Shown here: positions 1-8,169 of the stretch, in pieces
How the letters are laid out: each line of letters starts with the position of its first letter
Numbering within the stretch: position 1 is the stretch's first letter
Assembly (NCBI RefSeq): GCF_900232105.1
Contig: NZ_LT934425.1
Coordinates: 840,001 to 872,000 of the forward strand
Length of the DNA stretch: 32,000 nt
Direction of reading: 5' to 3'
From: Candidatus Kuenenia stuttgartensis
GTDB lineage: Bacteria; Planctomycetota; Brocadiia; Brocadiales; Brocadiaceae
The notes under the pieces: model-generated
Seen by the model: only the letters and a program-made list of their open reading frames with translations
Told to the model about the DNA's origin: nothing
Databases searched by the model: none
Program-made: the position numbers and the translations under genes

Positions 1-212
1 GGTTATCAAATTCCATTATTGAAAGTAAGATGGTACATGGTCTAAGACTTATGCAGAAACTCAGGGGGATTCAGGGGAGTTGTTTTAACCAAATAATCCT
101 TAGCTTAATGACATTGAATTGCAAACTTGAACCCGCCATGAATACAATATTAATCACAATCAAGACGACTTTCATGGAGATTTAAAAAATTAAAGGCCGA
201 CTTTGTAGAACC

Positions 213-1556
213 ATGAAAAAACTTTTATTGGTCTCTCCCCTTGCATCAAAAAGCTTTCTGGGAGGCGATTTTTACTTTCGCCTCCCGTATCTGGGACTTT
301 TGAAGGTTGCTTCCCTTACTCCGTCCGATTGGGACGTTAGTATTATTGATGAAAAGGTTGAACCGCTCGATTTGACTCAAGATGCCGATCTTGTAGGTAT
401 TACTGCCATGACGCCTGCCGTTAATCGCGCTTATGAAATAGCAGACAGTTTTCGGTTACGGGGAATAAAGGTCATTATGGGCGGCATGCATGTGTCGAAG
501 ATGCCTGATGAGGCGTTGCAGCATTGTGACAGTGTGGTTATAGGTGAGGCAGAGCAGCTATGGGACAAAGCACTGGATGATTGTAAAAGGGACGAACTAA
601 AAAGTATCTATCGGCATGGCAACGAATATCCTTCCCTTGCCAATTTCCCTGCACCAAATTGGAAATTATACGAAGGGAAAAGATACCTCCCTGTGCATTT
701 CCTTGAAACGACCCGTGGATGTCCACACAACTGCGAATTTTGCTCTGTAACAAATTCATTCGGAGGTAAATTTCGAAACAGACCTGTTGATGAGGTTGAA
801 AAGGAGATACAAAACCTGAAGCCTTTTGAGGGGATGTTTGTTCTTAAAAATGGGGTCTTTTTCGTAGACGATAACATAATAAGCAACAGGGTGCACGCAA
901 AAGAGCTTTTAAAACGGATCATACCTTATAACCTCAAGTGGACAGGACAAGCATCTGTCAATATCGCAAAAAACGACGAAATCCTCGAACTCTGCAAAAA
1001 GAGCGGCTGTATGGGACTTATTGTAGGGTTTGAGTCGTTATCTCAGGGTAACCTTGCAAATATGGGAAAGACGTTCAATACACCCGATACGTATATCGAT
1101 GTGGTAAAAAAATTGCATGATTATGGTATAGGGGTCACCGGCGCCTTTGTTTTTGGCTTTGATCACGACGACGAAAGTGTCTTTGACAGAACTATTGAGT
1201 TTGTCATTAAGGCAAAGATTGATGTTTGTTATTTTTCAATTTTAACGCCGTATCCCGGCACGCGGGTTTATTCACAGATGCTGCATGAAGGAAGAATAAT
1301 AGACCGGGACTGGTCTAACTACAATACGAACCATGTCGTTTTTATGCCAAAATTGATGCGACCGGAAAAGCTCCTTGACGGTTTTCATCATGCCTTAAAA
1401 GAGAGTTTCTCTTATACTGCAATTTTTAAAAGACTCTGGGGCAACGGGACATACAAGAATTTCTTCTACCCCATGAACTTTGGTTTCAGGCAGACCGTTA
1501 GAAAAACAATACAAAACAAGCAGGATTTTTCCTATGAACAGGGTTCTGGTTCTTGA
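213..1556 (+). CDS. B12-binding-domain radical SAM enzyme (class B-like)
   Basis: 447-aa ORF starting at ATG 213. The N-terminal region looks like a cobalamin-binding Rossmann fold (DLVGITAMTP...KVIMGGMH). It is followed by a radical-SAM CxxxCxxC motif, TTRGCPHNCEFCSV (Cys170/174/177, nt 720-743). Family assigned by motif only. Confidence 0.85.
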   Translation: MKKLLLVSPLASKSFLGGDFYFRLPYLGLLKVASLTPSDWDVSIIDEKVEPLDLTQDADLVGITAMTPAVNRAYEIADSFRLRGIKVIMGGMHVSKMPDEALQHCDSVVIGEAEQLWDKALDDCKRDELKSIYRHGNEYPSLANFPAPNWKLYEGKRYLPVHFLETTRGCPHNCEFCSVTNSFGGKFRNRPVDEVEKEIQNLKPFEGMFVLKNGVFFVDDNIISNRVHAKELLKRIIPYNLKWTGQASVNIAKNDEILELCKKSGCMGLIVGFESLSQGNLANMGKTFNTPDTYIDVVKKLHDYGIGVTGAFVFGFDHDDESVFDRTIEFVIKAKIDVCYFSILTPYPGTRVYSQMLHEGRIIDRDWSNYNTNHVVFMPKLMRPEKLLDGFHHALKESFSYTAIFKRLWGNGTYKNFFYPMNFGFRQTVRKTIQNKQDFSYEQGSGS

Positions 1557-2697
1557 CGGAATGTGGAATAAGTCCCTTGCTGCCGTAAGGTCTTTTGGCA
1601 GGAAGGGATTTTATGTCACAGCAGGCGAAAGGACACGGCTTGCAACGGCAATTTTTTCTAAATACTGCAGCCGGAGATGGATCTATTCATCTCCGGTACT
1701 ATCCCAGGTTAATTTCCTTACTGACCTTGAAGCGGAACTGAAAGCGGGGAGGTACGATGTTATCTTTCCTATGGAATTTTCTACACAGGTTCTTTTAACT
1801 GAAGTTGCAAACAGGCAGATGATTGAAAAATATACAAGATTGCCTTTTGCCGATGCTGATCTTGCCAAAAAAGGGAATGATAAAGCATTTATTATGCAGT
1901 ATGCAAGAGAACGAGGGATTGGCGTCCCGACAACGTATATGGTAAATGATATTGAGCAGCTTGCGGTGATTGCAAAAGAAACTGCGTACCCTGTTCTTAT
2001 AAAACCACGGAATAGTTCCGGTTCAAGAGGTATTGTATATGTTAAAGAAAAAGAGGAATTATTAACATTATACCTTAAAGTACATAAAGAGTATCCATTT
2101 CCCATCATTCAGGAATATATACCAGATGGCGGTGATGTGTACGGAGTTGGGTTACTTTTCAATTTTCAATCGGAGATACGTGCATCTTTTGTATACAAGC
2201 GTTTACGTTCACATCCCGTAAGTGGTGGTCCGAGTACTCTAAGGGAAAGCGTGAAAAGGGAAGACGTCAGGGAGATCGCCGGGTTATTTATGAAGTCGCT
2301 TCGGTGGACAGGGGTTGCCCATGTGGAATTTAAAATTGATCCAAGAGACAGGAAGCCTAAATTACTTGAAGTAAATCCGAGATTCTGGGGGTCTTTACAA
2401 CTGGCGGTTGAATCAGGCATTGACTTTCCTTTTCTATTGTTCAGGCTGGCAATGGAAGGTGATATTGAGCCTGTTATGGACTATAATGCCGGTGTCAGAT
2501 GCAGGTGGCTTATTCCGGGAGATTTATTGCACTTTATCAAAAACCCGGAGAGGTTAAGACTAAAACCTAATTTTTTTGATTTCAACACAAAAGATGATAT
2601 TATTTCTCTGAGCGATCCCATGCCGGTAATTGGAAGGCTCTCATCTGTATTGATGTTTTTATATGATAAGGAAATGAAACACCTTTTACATGGATGA
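1534..2697 (+). CDS. ATP-grasp family ligase (COG3919-like predicted ATP-grasp enzyme)
   Basis: The ORF-track start (TTG 1480) lies inside the upstream gene. The conserved N-terminus MNRVLVLDG..SLAAVRSFGRKG begins at ATG 1534 and overlaps the upstream stop (1554-1556) by 23 nt. ATP-grasp hallmarks: YPVLIKPRNSSGSRGI and LLEVNPRFWGS. Confidence 0.75.
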   Translation: MNRVLVLDGMWNKSLAAVRSFGRKGFYVTAGERTRLATAIFSKYCSRRWIYSSPVLSQVNFLTDLEAELKAGRYDVIFPMEFSTQVLLTEVANRQMIEKYTRLPFADADLAKKGNDKAFIMQYARERGIGVPTTYMVNDIEQLAVIAKETAYPVLIKPRNSSGSRGIVYVKEKEELLTLYLKVHKEYPFPIIQEYIPDGGDVYGVGLLFNFQSEIRASFVYKRLRSHPVSGGPSTLRESVKREDVREIAGLFMKSLRWTGVAHVEFKIDPRDRKPKLLEVNPRFWGSLQLAVESGIDFPFLLFRLAMEGDIEPVMDYNAGVRCRWLIPGDLLHFIKNPERLRLKPNFFDFNTKDDIISLSDPMPVIGRLSSVLMFLYDKEMKHLLHG

Positions 2698-2726
2698 AGA
2701 TATTTTGCAGACATGAGAAGAAATTA

Positions 2727-2819
2727 TGTAACACTTTAGTTTTTTGAAAAATCTGTCCCTGCTTTAACCACATGTTTCAGCATGGGGGTTAACAAAATAA
2801 AAATGTCAGGTCATATAAG
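2727..2819. repeat. Partial, degenerate copy of a MITE-like element (left terminal repeat plus decayed interior)
   Basis: The 26-nt string tgtaacactttagttttttgaaaaat at 2727-2752 is identical to 26379-26404. The following ~65 nt align only loosely by eye with the interior of the 26380-26532 element (atgttt..gca..ggggNtaa..tgtca..cata). No right terminal repeat was found. Confidence 0.45.
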
Positions 2820-2964
2820 TTTTGATACTCTTTAATGGAGTAATGGCGCAGATTTAGAACCTGAAATGTTATATACAGAAAGTATTTTTATTACGGATAT
2901 AAAGAATGATGTTTATTCATGAATTGTCCTTCTAATCACACTTTATACACTGAGGAGCCACTCA

Positions 2965-3261
2965 ATGCGTAAAAAAGAAGAATTAAAATTATTAGCAAAT
3001 AAATGTATTGCAATACTCACTAACAAATATCAGGTTAAAAAAATCTTCCTTATCGGATCGCTTGTACATGGTATTGTCCATGAAAGGTCTGATATTGATT
3101 TGGTTGTTGAAGGGTTGCCTTCAGAGTTTTATATAAAAGCCCTGTCAGAATTGAGCGATATCATGCCTCCCGGTGTCGAGATTAATCTCATTCCATTTGA
3201 AGATGCGTTTGAAAGTTTAAAGGAAAAAACAATAAAGGAAGGGGAACTTGTTTACGGATAG
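2965..3261 (+). CDS. mntA: Minimal nucleotidyltransferase (MNT) antitoxin of a HEPN/MNT module
   Basis: 98 aa. GAGGAG RBS at 2952-2957, 7 nt before ATG 2965. GSX10DXD motif GSLVHGIVHERSDID (nt 3055-3099). Overlaps the downstream HEPN gene by 14 nt. Confidence 0.8.
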   Translation: MRKKEELKLLANKCIAILTNKYQVKKIFLIGSLVHGIVHERSDIDLVVEGLPSEFYIKALSELSDIMPPGVEINLIPFEDAFESLKEKTIKEGELVYG

Positions 3262-3709
3262 GGAACGACTGAAGAAGGACATTGAAATAGAACTCGAAAA
3301 TCTGCAAAGGCTCGTACAAGAGATGGAAGAACTAATCCGTGAGTTACCTGAAAATCCCGGTTCTGTTGAAACACGGGCTGCGGGAAGCATTCTTCATGAT
3401 TTCTATTGTGGTATCGAAAAGATTTTTGAAAGGATCGCTATTACTGTTGATAACAACTTGCCAGGGGGAGAAGACTGGCATAAACAATTGCAGAAACAAA
3501 TGGCAACCCCTTATAAGGGAGCAAGAAGAGAGGTCATAACGGAGGAGGAGTTAATGTTAGAATTAAAAGAATACTTAAGTTTCCGTCACCTTTTCAGACA
3601 TATCTATGGTTTTAATTTAAAGTGGGAACAATTTTCTCGACTTTGCTATTCTTTGGGGTCTTTATACAAAAAATTAAAGATTGCATTAATCGACTTCTTG
3701 AAAAACTAA
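3248..3709 (+). CDS. hepT: HEPN-domain ribonuclease toxin (HepT-like)
   Basis: 153 aa with a TTG start at 3248 that overlaps the MNT gene. R-x4-H HEPN motif in SFRHLFRHIY (Arg113..His118, nt 3584-3601). Gene order and overlap are typical of MntA-HepT pairs. Confidence 0.7.
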   Translation: MFTDRERLKKDIEIELENLQRLVQEMEELIRELPENPGSVETRAAGSILHDFYCGIEKIFERIAITVDNNLPGGEDWHKQLQKQMATPYKGARREVITEEELMLELKEYLSFRHLFRHIYGFNLKWEQFSRLCYSLGSLYKKLKIALIDFLKN

Positions 3710-3723
3710 ACAGAGAAGAAGAT

Positions 3724-3990
3724 ATGATTACCTATATAATTGGGAACCTATTTGAATCCCCGGCTCATGTGTTGATCAATACTGTCAATACTGGGAGAGT
3801 TATGGGGAAGGGTATTGCCAAAGATTTTAAGACAATTTACCCTGAAATGTTTAGAGAATACCTACGCTGGCATAGCCAGAACCAAACAAGCAAGAAATCC
3901 GAAACAAATTCCAAAATTCTCCCCCTTACCCCCTCCAAAGGGGGAGAATGTCCCCTGCTGGCGGGGATGCAGAGGGTGGATTCGTATTGA
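3724..3990 (+). pseudogene. Truncated macro-domain (ADP-ribose binding/hydrolase) gene fragment
   Basis: From ATG 3724, MITYIIGNLFESPAHVLINTVNTGRVMGKGIAKDFKTIYPEMFREY looks like the first ~47 residues of a ~150-aa macro-domain protein. Resemblance stops near nt 3864. The frame then runs through unrelated GC-rich hairpin sequence to a stop at 3990. Confidence 0.6.
3916..3967. other. Two adjacent GC-rich hairpins at the macro-gene breakpoint
   Basis: Perfect 10-bp stem attctccccc (3916-3925) / gggggagaat (3940-3949) with a 14-nt loop. It is followed directly by a 5-bp stem tcccc (3951-3955) / gggga (3963-3967). No T-tract follows. The composition contrasts with the AT-rich surroundings. Confidence 0.5.
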
Positions 3991-4086
3991 ACATTTCAGA
4001 TTCGCCATTAAATATTTTGCCAAAAAGCACGCACTGACGAATGGAAGTGTGCAAAGAAATTATTTTTAACGGTAAGGAGCCAATGT

Positions 4087-4878
4087 ATGACAATGAAAAA
4101 AACTTGTATTTTATTGGTATGGTTAATAGCAATTGTCGTTTTTTACGAGACTAAAACAAGCAATGCCGAAGAATCCATTACGCAACTGGCTCATGACGAT
4201 TTATATAAAAAGGCGATGTTTCTTAAAGAAGAGGGTAAAAGTGATGAGGCTATAAACACGTTTAATAAATTCATGGAAGTCAGCAAGGACGAATTGAAAA
4301 GAACTGATGCCATGTTAGAACAATGCATGATTATGAAAGACATGAAAGCCCCTGCGTGGAAGTATAAGGCAAAAGAAGCACAGCAAAAGGTTAAAATTCT
4401 TTACCGGTCTCATTATTTGAACCCGGAATACTGGCTTGTCTATGCAAAATTTGCAGCGCTTATCAATAGGGAGCGTGATGTATATGGGGCATTTAAAAAA
4501 GCTTTCTTTTATAAGCCGGATTATCCGGAAGGTTACATCGTAAAGGGAGATTTGTACGGCTACCTTGCAAAAAATACCGATCCGTCAGAATCCACAGTTA
4601 GTACTTCAATCGATTCTGCATATGAGCCTGTTAGTAAAGAGAATTCGGCCCGTTACAATAAAGGAAAAGAGGCAAAGAAGTCTTACGAAATTGCACTCAG
4701 AAATTCAACACTGGGCAACGACAAAAAGGCTTATATTCATTATAAAATTGGTACACTGGAAATGGATATTTTATCAAATAAAGAAGATGCCATAAGAAAC
4801 TGGAAGAAGACGGCTGAGCTTTCTCCTGACAGTATTTATGGGAAAAAATCCGTAGAACTCCTGAGCGGGAATCCGTGA
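4087..4878 (+). CDS. Secreted TPR-like repeat protein (function unknown)
   Basis: 263 aa. AAGGAG RBS at 4074-4079, 7 nt before ATG 4087. N-terminal signal peptide MTMKKTCILLVWLIAIVVFYETKTSNA/EE. Helical repeat segments look TPR-like. First gene of the coupled operon. Confidence 0.55.
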   Translation: MTMKKTCILLVWLIAIVVFYETKTSNAEESITQLAHDDLYKKAMFLKEEGKSDEAINTFNKFMEVSKDELKRTDAMLEQCMIMKDMKAPAWKYKAKEAQQKVKILYRSHYLNPEYWLVYAKFAALINRERDVYGAFKKAFFYKPDYPEGYIVKGDLYGYLAKNTDPSESTVSTSIDSAYEPVSKENSARYNKGKEAKKSYEIALRNSTLGNDKKAYIHYKIGTLEMDILSNKEDAIRNWKKTAELSPDSIYGKKSVELLSGNP

Positions 4879-5699
4879 TTAATGGCTTGACCGTTGATCT
4901 TGAGGATTGGTATCACATCTGTGGCGTAGAGGGCTATTCTGATCCGCAAAAATGGGATACTTATGAAAACCGTATAATAAGGAATACTGACAAGGTACTT
5001 ACTCTTTTAAGAACGTATAAAGTAAAGGCTACTTTTTTTGTCCTCGGATACATTGCCTTCAAGGAACCTGGTCTTATAAAGACAATTAAGAGCGAGGGAC
5101 ATGAAATAGCAACTCATGGCTTTTATCATAAGAGGATCTTTGAGATGACGGAACGGGAGTTTGAAGAAGATGTCAATAAATCCATTTCTGTTATATCATC
5201 AAATATCAACGAGAGGGTACTGGGTTTTAGGGCGCCGGAATGGTCGATCCGGAAGAATACTTTATGGATGCTTAATGCATTAAGGAAATACGGTATTCTT
5301 TATGATTCAAGCATGGTTCCTCTTACAAGAATGGGATATAGGGATTACCCTGTTTATCCATGTTGCTACAATACTGATTATGGAAAGATTTGGGAATTTC
5401 CGCTCACCACAACAAGGCTGTTTTGGGAACGTCTTCCCTTTACGGGTGGCTTACCGTTAAGACTATGTCCTTATTTTTATATTGTATCAGAAATAAAAAA
5501 AATTAACCGCATGGGGTTTCCTGCAATGGTCTATATACATCCGTGGGAATTTGACAAAGAACAACCACGCATTGATTTGCCGTTAAGCAGGAGATTTATG
5601 CACTATTTCAACATAAGTGCCACTCCCAGGAAGACAGAAGGCTTACTTAGCAATTTTCAATTTGCCCCTATCAAAAATATATTGGGGATTACAACATGA
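4875..5699 (+). CDS. Polysaccharide deacetylase family protein (CE4, DUF3473/XrtA-associated type)
   Basis: 274 aa. GTG start within a GTGA overlap with the upstream stop. N-terminal LTVDLEDWYH and ATFFVLGY...HEIATHGFYH motifs are typical of CE4 deacetylases of the PEP-CTERM/XrtA-associated type. Confidence 0.8.
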   Translation: MINGLTVDLEDWYHICGVEGYSDPQKWDTYENRIIRNTDKVLTLLRTYKVKATFFVLGYIAFKEPGLIKTIKSEGHEIATHGFYHKRIFEMTEREFEEDVNKSISVISSNINERVLGFRAPEWSIRKNTLWMLNALRKYGILYDSSMVPLTRMGYRDYPVYPCCYNTDYGKIWEFPLTTTRLFWERLPFTGGLPLRLCPYFYIVSEIKKINRMGFPAMVYIHPWEFDKEQPRIDLPLSRRFMHYFNISATPRKTEGLLSNFQFAPIKNILGITT

Positions 5700-5896
5700 G
5701 AGATATGTATTATCTTAAATCCGTATCCACCTTTTGCATTATTTATAGCTTAATAGTCGCCTTCTTATATGTATTTACAGTTGTTACGGGTTTTGTCGGG
5801 AGTATTTTTATTTTTGTAACGATTTTGTTTCTGCTTTTTTTTTATTATAATGGGTTCGTAAAATTTAAAAAAATAAGGAACCGTTTTCTACGTTGA
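5696..5896 (+). CDS. Small hydrophobic membrane protein (about two TM helices)
   Basis: 66 aa. ATGA overlap upstream and TTGA overlap downstream. Two long hydrophobic stretches and a basic C-terminus (KFKKIRNRFLR). Coding status is supported mainly by the translational coupling. Confidence 0.5.
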   Translation: MRDMYYLKSVSTFCIIYSLIVAFLYVFTVVTGFVGSIFIFVTILFLLFFYYNGFVKFKKIRNRFLR

Positions 5897-7107
5897 AGAA
5901 GAGAGTTGTTATTACTGGAATGGGCATAATTACCGCCCACGGTATTGGTAAGGAAATAACCTGGAAAAAGATCGTTTCAGGCGCATCAGGTATTAAAGAA
6001 ATAGAGTCTTTCGATTCCTCAAAATATCCCGGAAAGTGCGGTGGAGAGGCAAAGCAGTTTACCTCTGCTTCCGAAATAAGAAATTTAAATGCGGCACGTC
6101 TTGACAGGGCATCGCATTTATTGATTCATGCTTCACGTGAAGCGCTTCTGGAATCAAACGTACTCCCATACATCAAAAATACAAATATACTTTTATCTTT
6201 AGGGACAACACTTGGTGGAATGATTTCCGGAGAGTTGTTTCATAAAGAAGTTCTGAAAAAAGGGCTGAAAAAGGCACGCATTTCTTTATTAACTGATTAT
6301 CTTGCAAATTGCCAGGCGATTAATTTATTCAGGGAATTTCAATTAAAAGGAAATTACAATATATTTTCTAACGCATGTGCATCCGGTACAAATGCCATAG
6401 GTTGTGCGTATAATTCTATACAATCAGGCCTTTATAAAATTGCCATTTGCGGAGGATACGATACTATGAGTGAATTTACCTTTGCCGGTTTCAGCTCTCT
6501 TATGGCAATGACTCCTACTAAGTGCAGGCCGTTTGATAAGAATAGAAACGGGCTGGTACTGGGGGAGGGAGTAGGAATTTTAATTTTAGAGGAATTGGAA
6601 CACGCCGTGAAACGAAATGTACGAATATTGGGCGAAATAATCGGGTACGGGGAATCTTCCGATGCGTATCATATGACAAGCCCCGACCCGACAGGTGAGT
6701 TCGCATTTCGTGCCATTATGAATGCCTTGAATGATGCGGATAATCCAAAAATTGATTATATCAATGCACATGGCACCGGAACTATTTATAATGACGCGCA
6801 GGAATCCAATGCAATATTGAAAGCGTTTGGAGAGGAAACACAAAACATACCCGTAAGTTCAATAAAACCCATGGTTGGCCATATCCTTGGTGGGGCTGGG
6901 GCGGTAGAGGCTATAGTATCATTGCTTTCAATTGAGCGTAAAGCCGTTCCTCCAAATATAAATTATTGCACGCCTGATCCCGTTTGCAATTTGAACATAT
7001 CAAAGGAAACAGTGTATTGCGATATAAAAACCGTTTTGTCCAATTCATTTGGTTTTGGGGGGACTAACGCAACTTTAATACTCAGGGAATATACATGGAT
7101 CGGATAG
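5893..7107 (+). CDS. Beta-ketoacyl-ACP synthase II family (FabF-like), catalytically complete
   Basis: 404 aa. TTG 5893 is the only start codon upstream of the conserved RVVITGMGIIT N-terminus. Cys-His-His triad present: SNACASG (Cys162, nt 6376-6378), YHMTSP and NAHGTGT. GHILGGAGAVEA and FGFGGTN are also present. Confidence 0.9.
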   Translation: MKKRVVITGMGIITAHGIGKEITWKKIVSGASGIKEIESFDSSKYPGKCGGEAKQFTSASEIRNLNAARLDRASHLLIHASREALLESNVLPYIKNTNILLSLGTTLGGMISGELFHKEVLKKGLKKARISLLTDYLANCQAINLFREFQLKGNYNIFSNACASGTNAIGCAYNSIQSGLYKIAICGGYDTMSEFTFAGFSSLMAMTPTKCRPFDKNRNGLVLGEGVGILILEELEHAVKRNVRILGEIIGYGESSDAYHMTSPDPTGEFAFRAIMNALNDADNPKIDYINAHGTGTIYNDAQESNAILKAFGEETQNIPVSSIKPMVGHILGGAGAVEAIVSLLSIERKAVPPNINYCTPDPVCNLNISKETVYCDIKTVLSNSFGFGGTNATLILREYTWIG

Positions 7108-8156
7108 TGTTAACAGGCGTGGGGCCATTGACGCCTATTGGAAAAGGAAAAGAAGATTTCTGGAATGCAGTAGTGAACAACTTCCCAGGCATAAAGAAGA
7201 TAACAAAGTTCATGCCCGATCAAGAATTTTACGGGGGAGAAATTAATGATATCCATTTTGACGAATATATCCCCGACACAAAATTCAGACGTGCCACTGA
7301 AATATCTAAATTTACTATGTCCGCCGCAAAGATGGCAATGGATGACGCTCAGGTTGATTCTCCCAATATTAAAAATCTTGGGCTAGTTGTCGGCTTAACC
7401 CACGGTGCTCTAAACTATACACAATCCTATCACGAACTTCTGGTAACCGAAGGTCCTGAATCTGCCAGTCCCATACTCTTTTCTGATTCTATATTGAACG
7501 CCCCCGCAGGTAATACTTCTATCTGCTTAGGTATTCACGGTCCCGTTCATACTTTGATTGGGGGCAGTGTAACAACCATACGGGCGATCATGCTCGCAGT
7601 ACAATTATTAGCCACAAAAAAAATGGAAAAGTCAGTTATTGCTTCTGCCGAAGAATTAAACAAATTTTCACTATACTGTTACTACAGGCTGGGGATAAAC
7701 ACATTGTCTGAAGGTGCCGGTGCTCTCTTAATAGAACCGGAAGATACAAAGAACAATCAAGTCCCGTATTGTTATATTTCCGGCTTTGCTTCACAAACCA
7801 ATCCTTCAAATTTACAGTCCGCGTTGGAAGAATCCGTTGAAACCGCGTTGAAAAAAGCCAATTTAAAAGCAAAAGACGTTGATCTGTTAATGACGTCCCC
7901 TTCTTTCCCCAAAGTACAGCAGCTTGATGCATATGAAATTCCCATGGGTAGTTTGGATTCAATTACGGGAAATGCATTTGCTGTTTCTACCATATGGAAC
8001 GTTATTCTATCGGCGTTGTGTATAAGGCATGGGGCAATACCATTGCCTATTCTCAAAAATTCAGCGCCGATTAACAACGAGATCAGGAACGTAATGATTT
8101 GTGCAACTGAGAGCGAAGGGGTTGCGGGAGTATTAATTTTATCGAAAATATCATGA
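7095..8156 (+). CDS. Ketosynthase-like protein lacking the catalytic triad (KS-beta/CLF-like partner)
   Basis: 353 aa, overlapping the upstream KS by 13 nt. KS-like N-terminus (RIVLTGVGPLTPIG) and NAPAGNTSICLGIHGP. By eye alignment the nucleophile Cys position is Ser158 (GGSVTT, nt 7566-7568). Both His motifs are replaced (QTN for HxT, MTSPSFP for NAHGTGT, GNAFAVS for GHxLGAAG). Confidence 0.75.
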   Translation: MDRIVLTGVGPLTPIGKGKEDFWNAVVNNFPGIKKITKFMPDQEFYGGEINDIHFDEYIPDTKFRRATEISKFTMSAAKMAMDDAQVDSPNIKNLGLVVGLTHGALNYTQSYHELLVTEGPESASPILFSDSILNAPAGNTSICLGIHGPVHTLIGGSVTTIRAIMLAVQLLATKKMEKSVIASAEELNKFSLYCYYRLGINTLSEGAGALLIEPEDTKNNQVPYCYISGFASQTNPSNLQSALEESVETALKKANLKAKDVDLLMTSPSFPKVQQLDAYEIPMGSLDSITGNAFAVSTIWNVILSALCIRHGAIPLPILKNSAPINNEIRNVMICATESEGVAGVLILSKIS

Positions 8157-8169
8157 AAATAAACGCGGC

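Noticed and set aside
1-212. Possible cobalamin riboswitch or other leader upstream of the first B12 radical SAM gene
   Set aside because: No B12-box-like consensus or convincing nested helices were recognised by eye. This cannot be excluded without a covariance-model scan (Rfam cmscan).
538-2714. Antisense ORFs inside the radical SAM and ATP-grasp genes (538-759, 608-922, 1683-2108, 2166-2420, 2481-2714, all minus strand)
   Set aside because: They lie wholly within strongly motif-supported plus-strand genes. They have low-complexity or odd composition and no recognisable motifs, so they are typical shadow ORFs. The same reasoning applies to the other antisense or alternate-frame ORFs in the track (for example 6518-6843, 7636-8077, 8451-9452, 9449-9748, 12773-13415, 14038-14352, 15421-15741, 17038-18871, 19484-19828, 20170-21140, 22565-23485, 26796-27438, 28027-29469, 29694-30355, 30567-30758, 31320-31541).
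3339-3539. 66-aa plus-strand ORF in another frame inside the HEPN toxin gene
   Set aside because: It overlaps the motif-bearing frame entirely and has no independent RBS or recognisable domain.
2965-3990. Reading the TA pair plus macro domain as a DarTG-like or ADP-ribosylation-based defence system
   Set aside because: No DarT-like ADP-ribosyltransferase is present and the macro gene is truncated after about 47 codons. The HEPN/MNT pair is self-sufficient as a TA module.
3815-4132. ORFs 3815-4069 (+) and 3926-4132 (-) in the region after the macro fragment
   Set aside because: They span the GC-rich hairpins and the RBS/start of the next gene. They have no recognisable motifs and most likely arise by chance in a decayed region.
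5696-5896. The 66-aa ORF as a possible RiPP precursor for the SPASM radical SAM enzyme
   Set aside because: The sequence is almost entirely hydrophobic (two TM-like helices). It has no leader/core organisation and no Cys/Ser/Thr-rich core, and it lies 6 kb from the SPASM gene. A small membrane protein is the more likely call.
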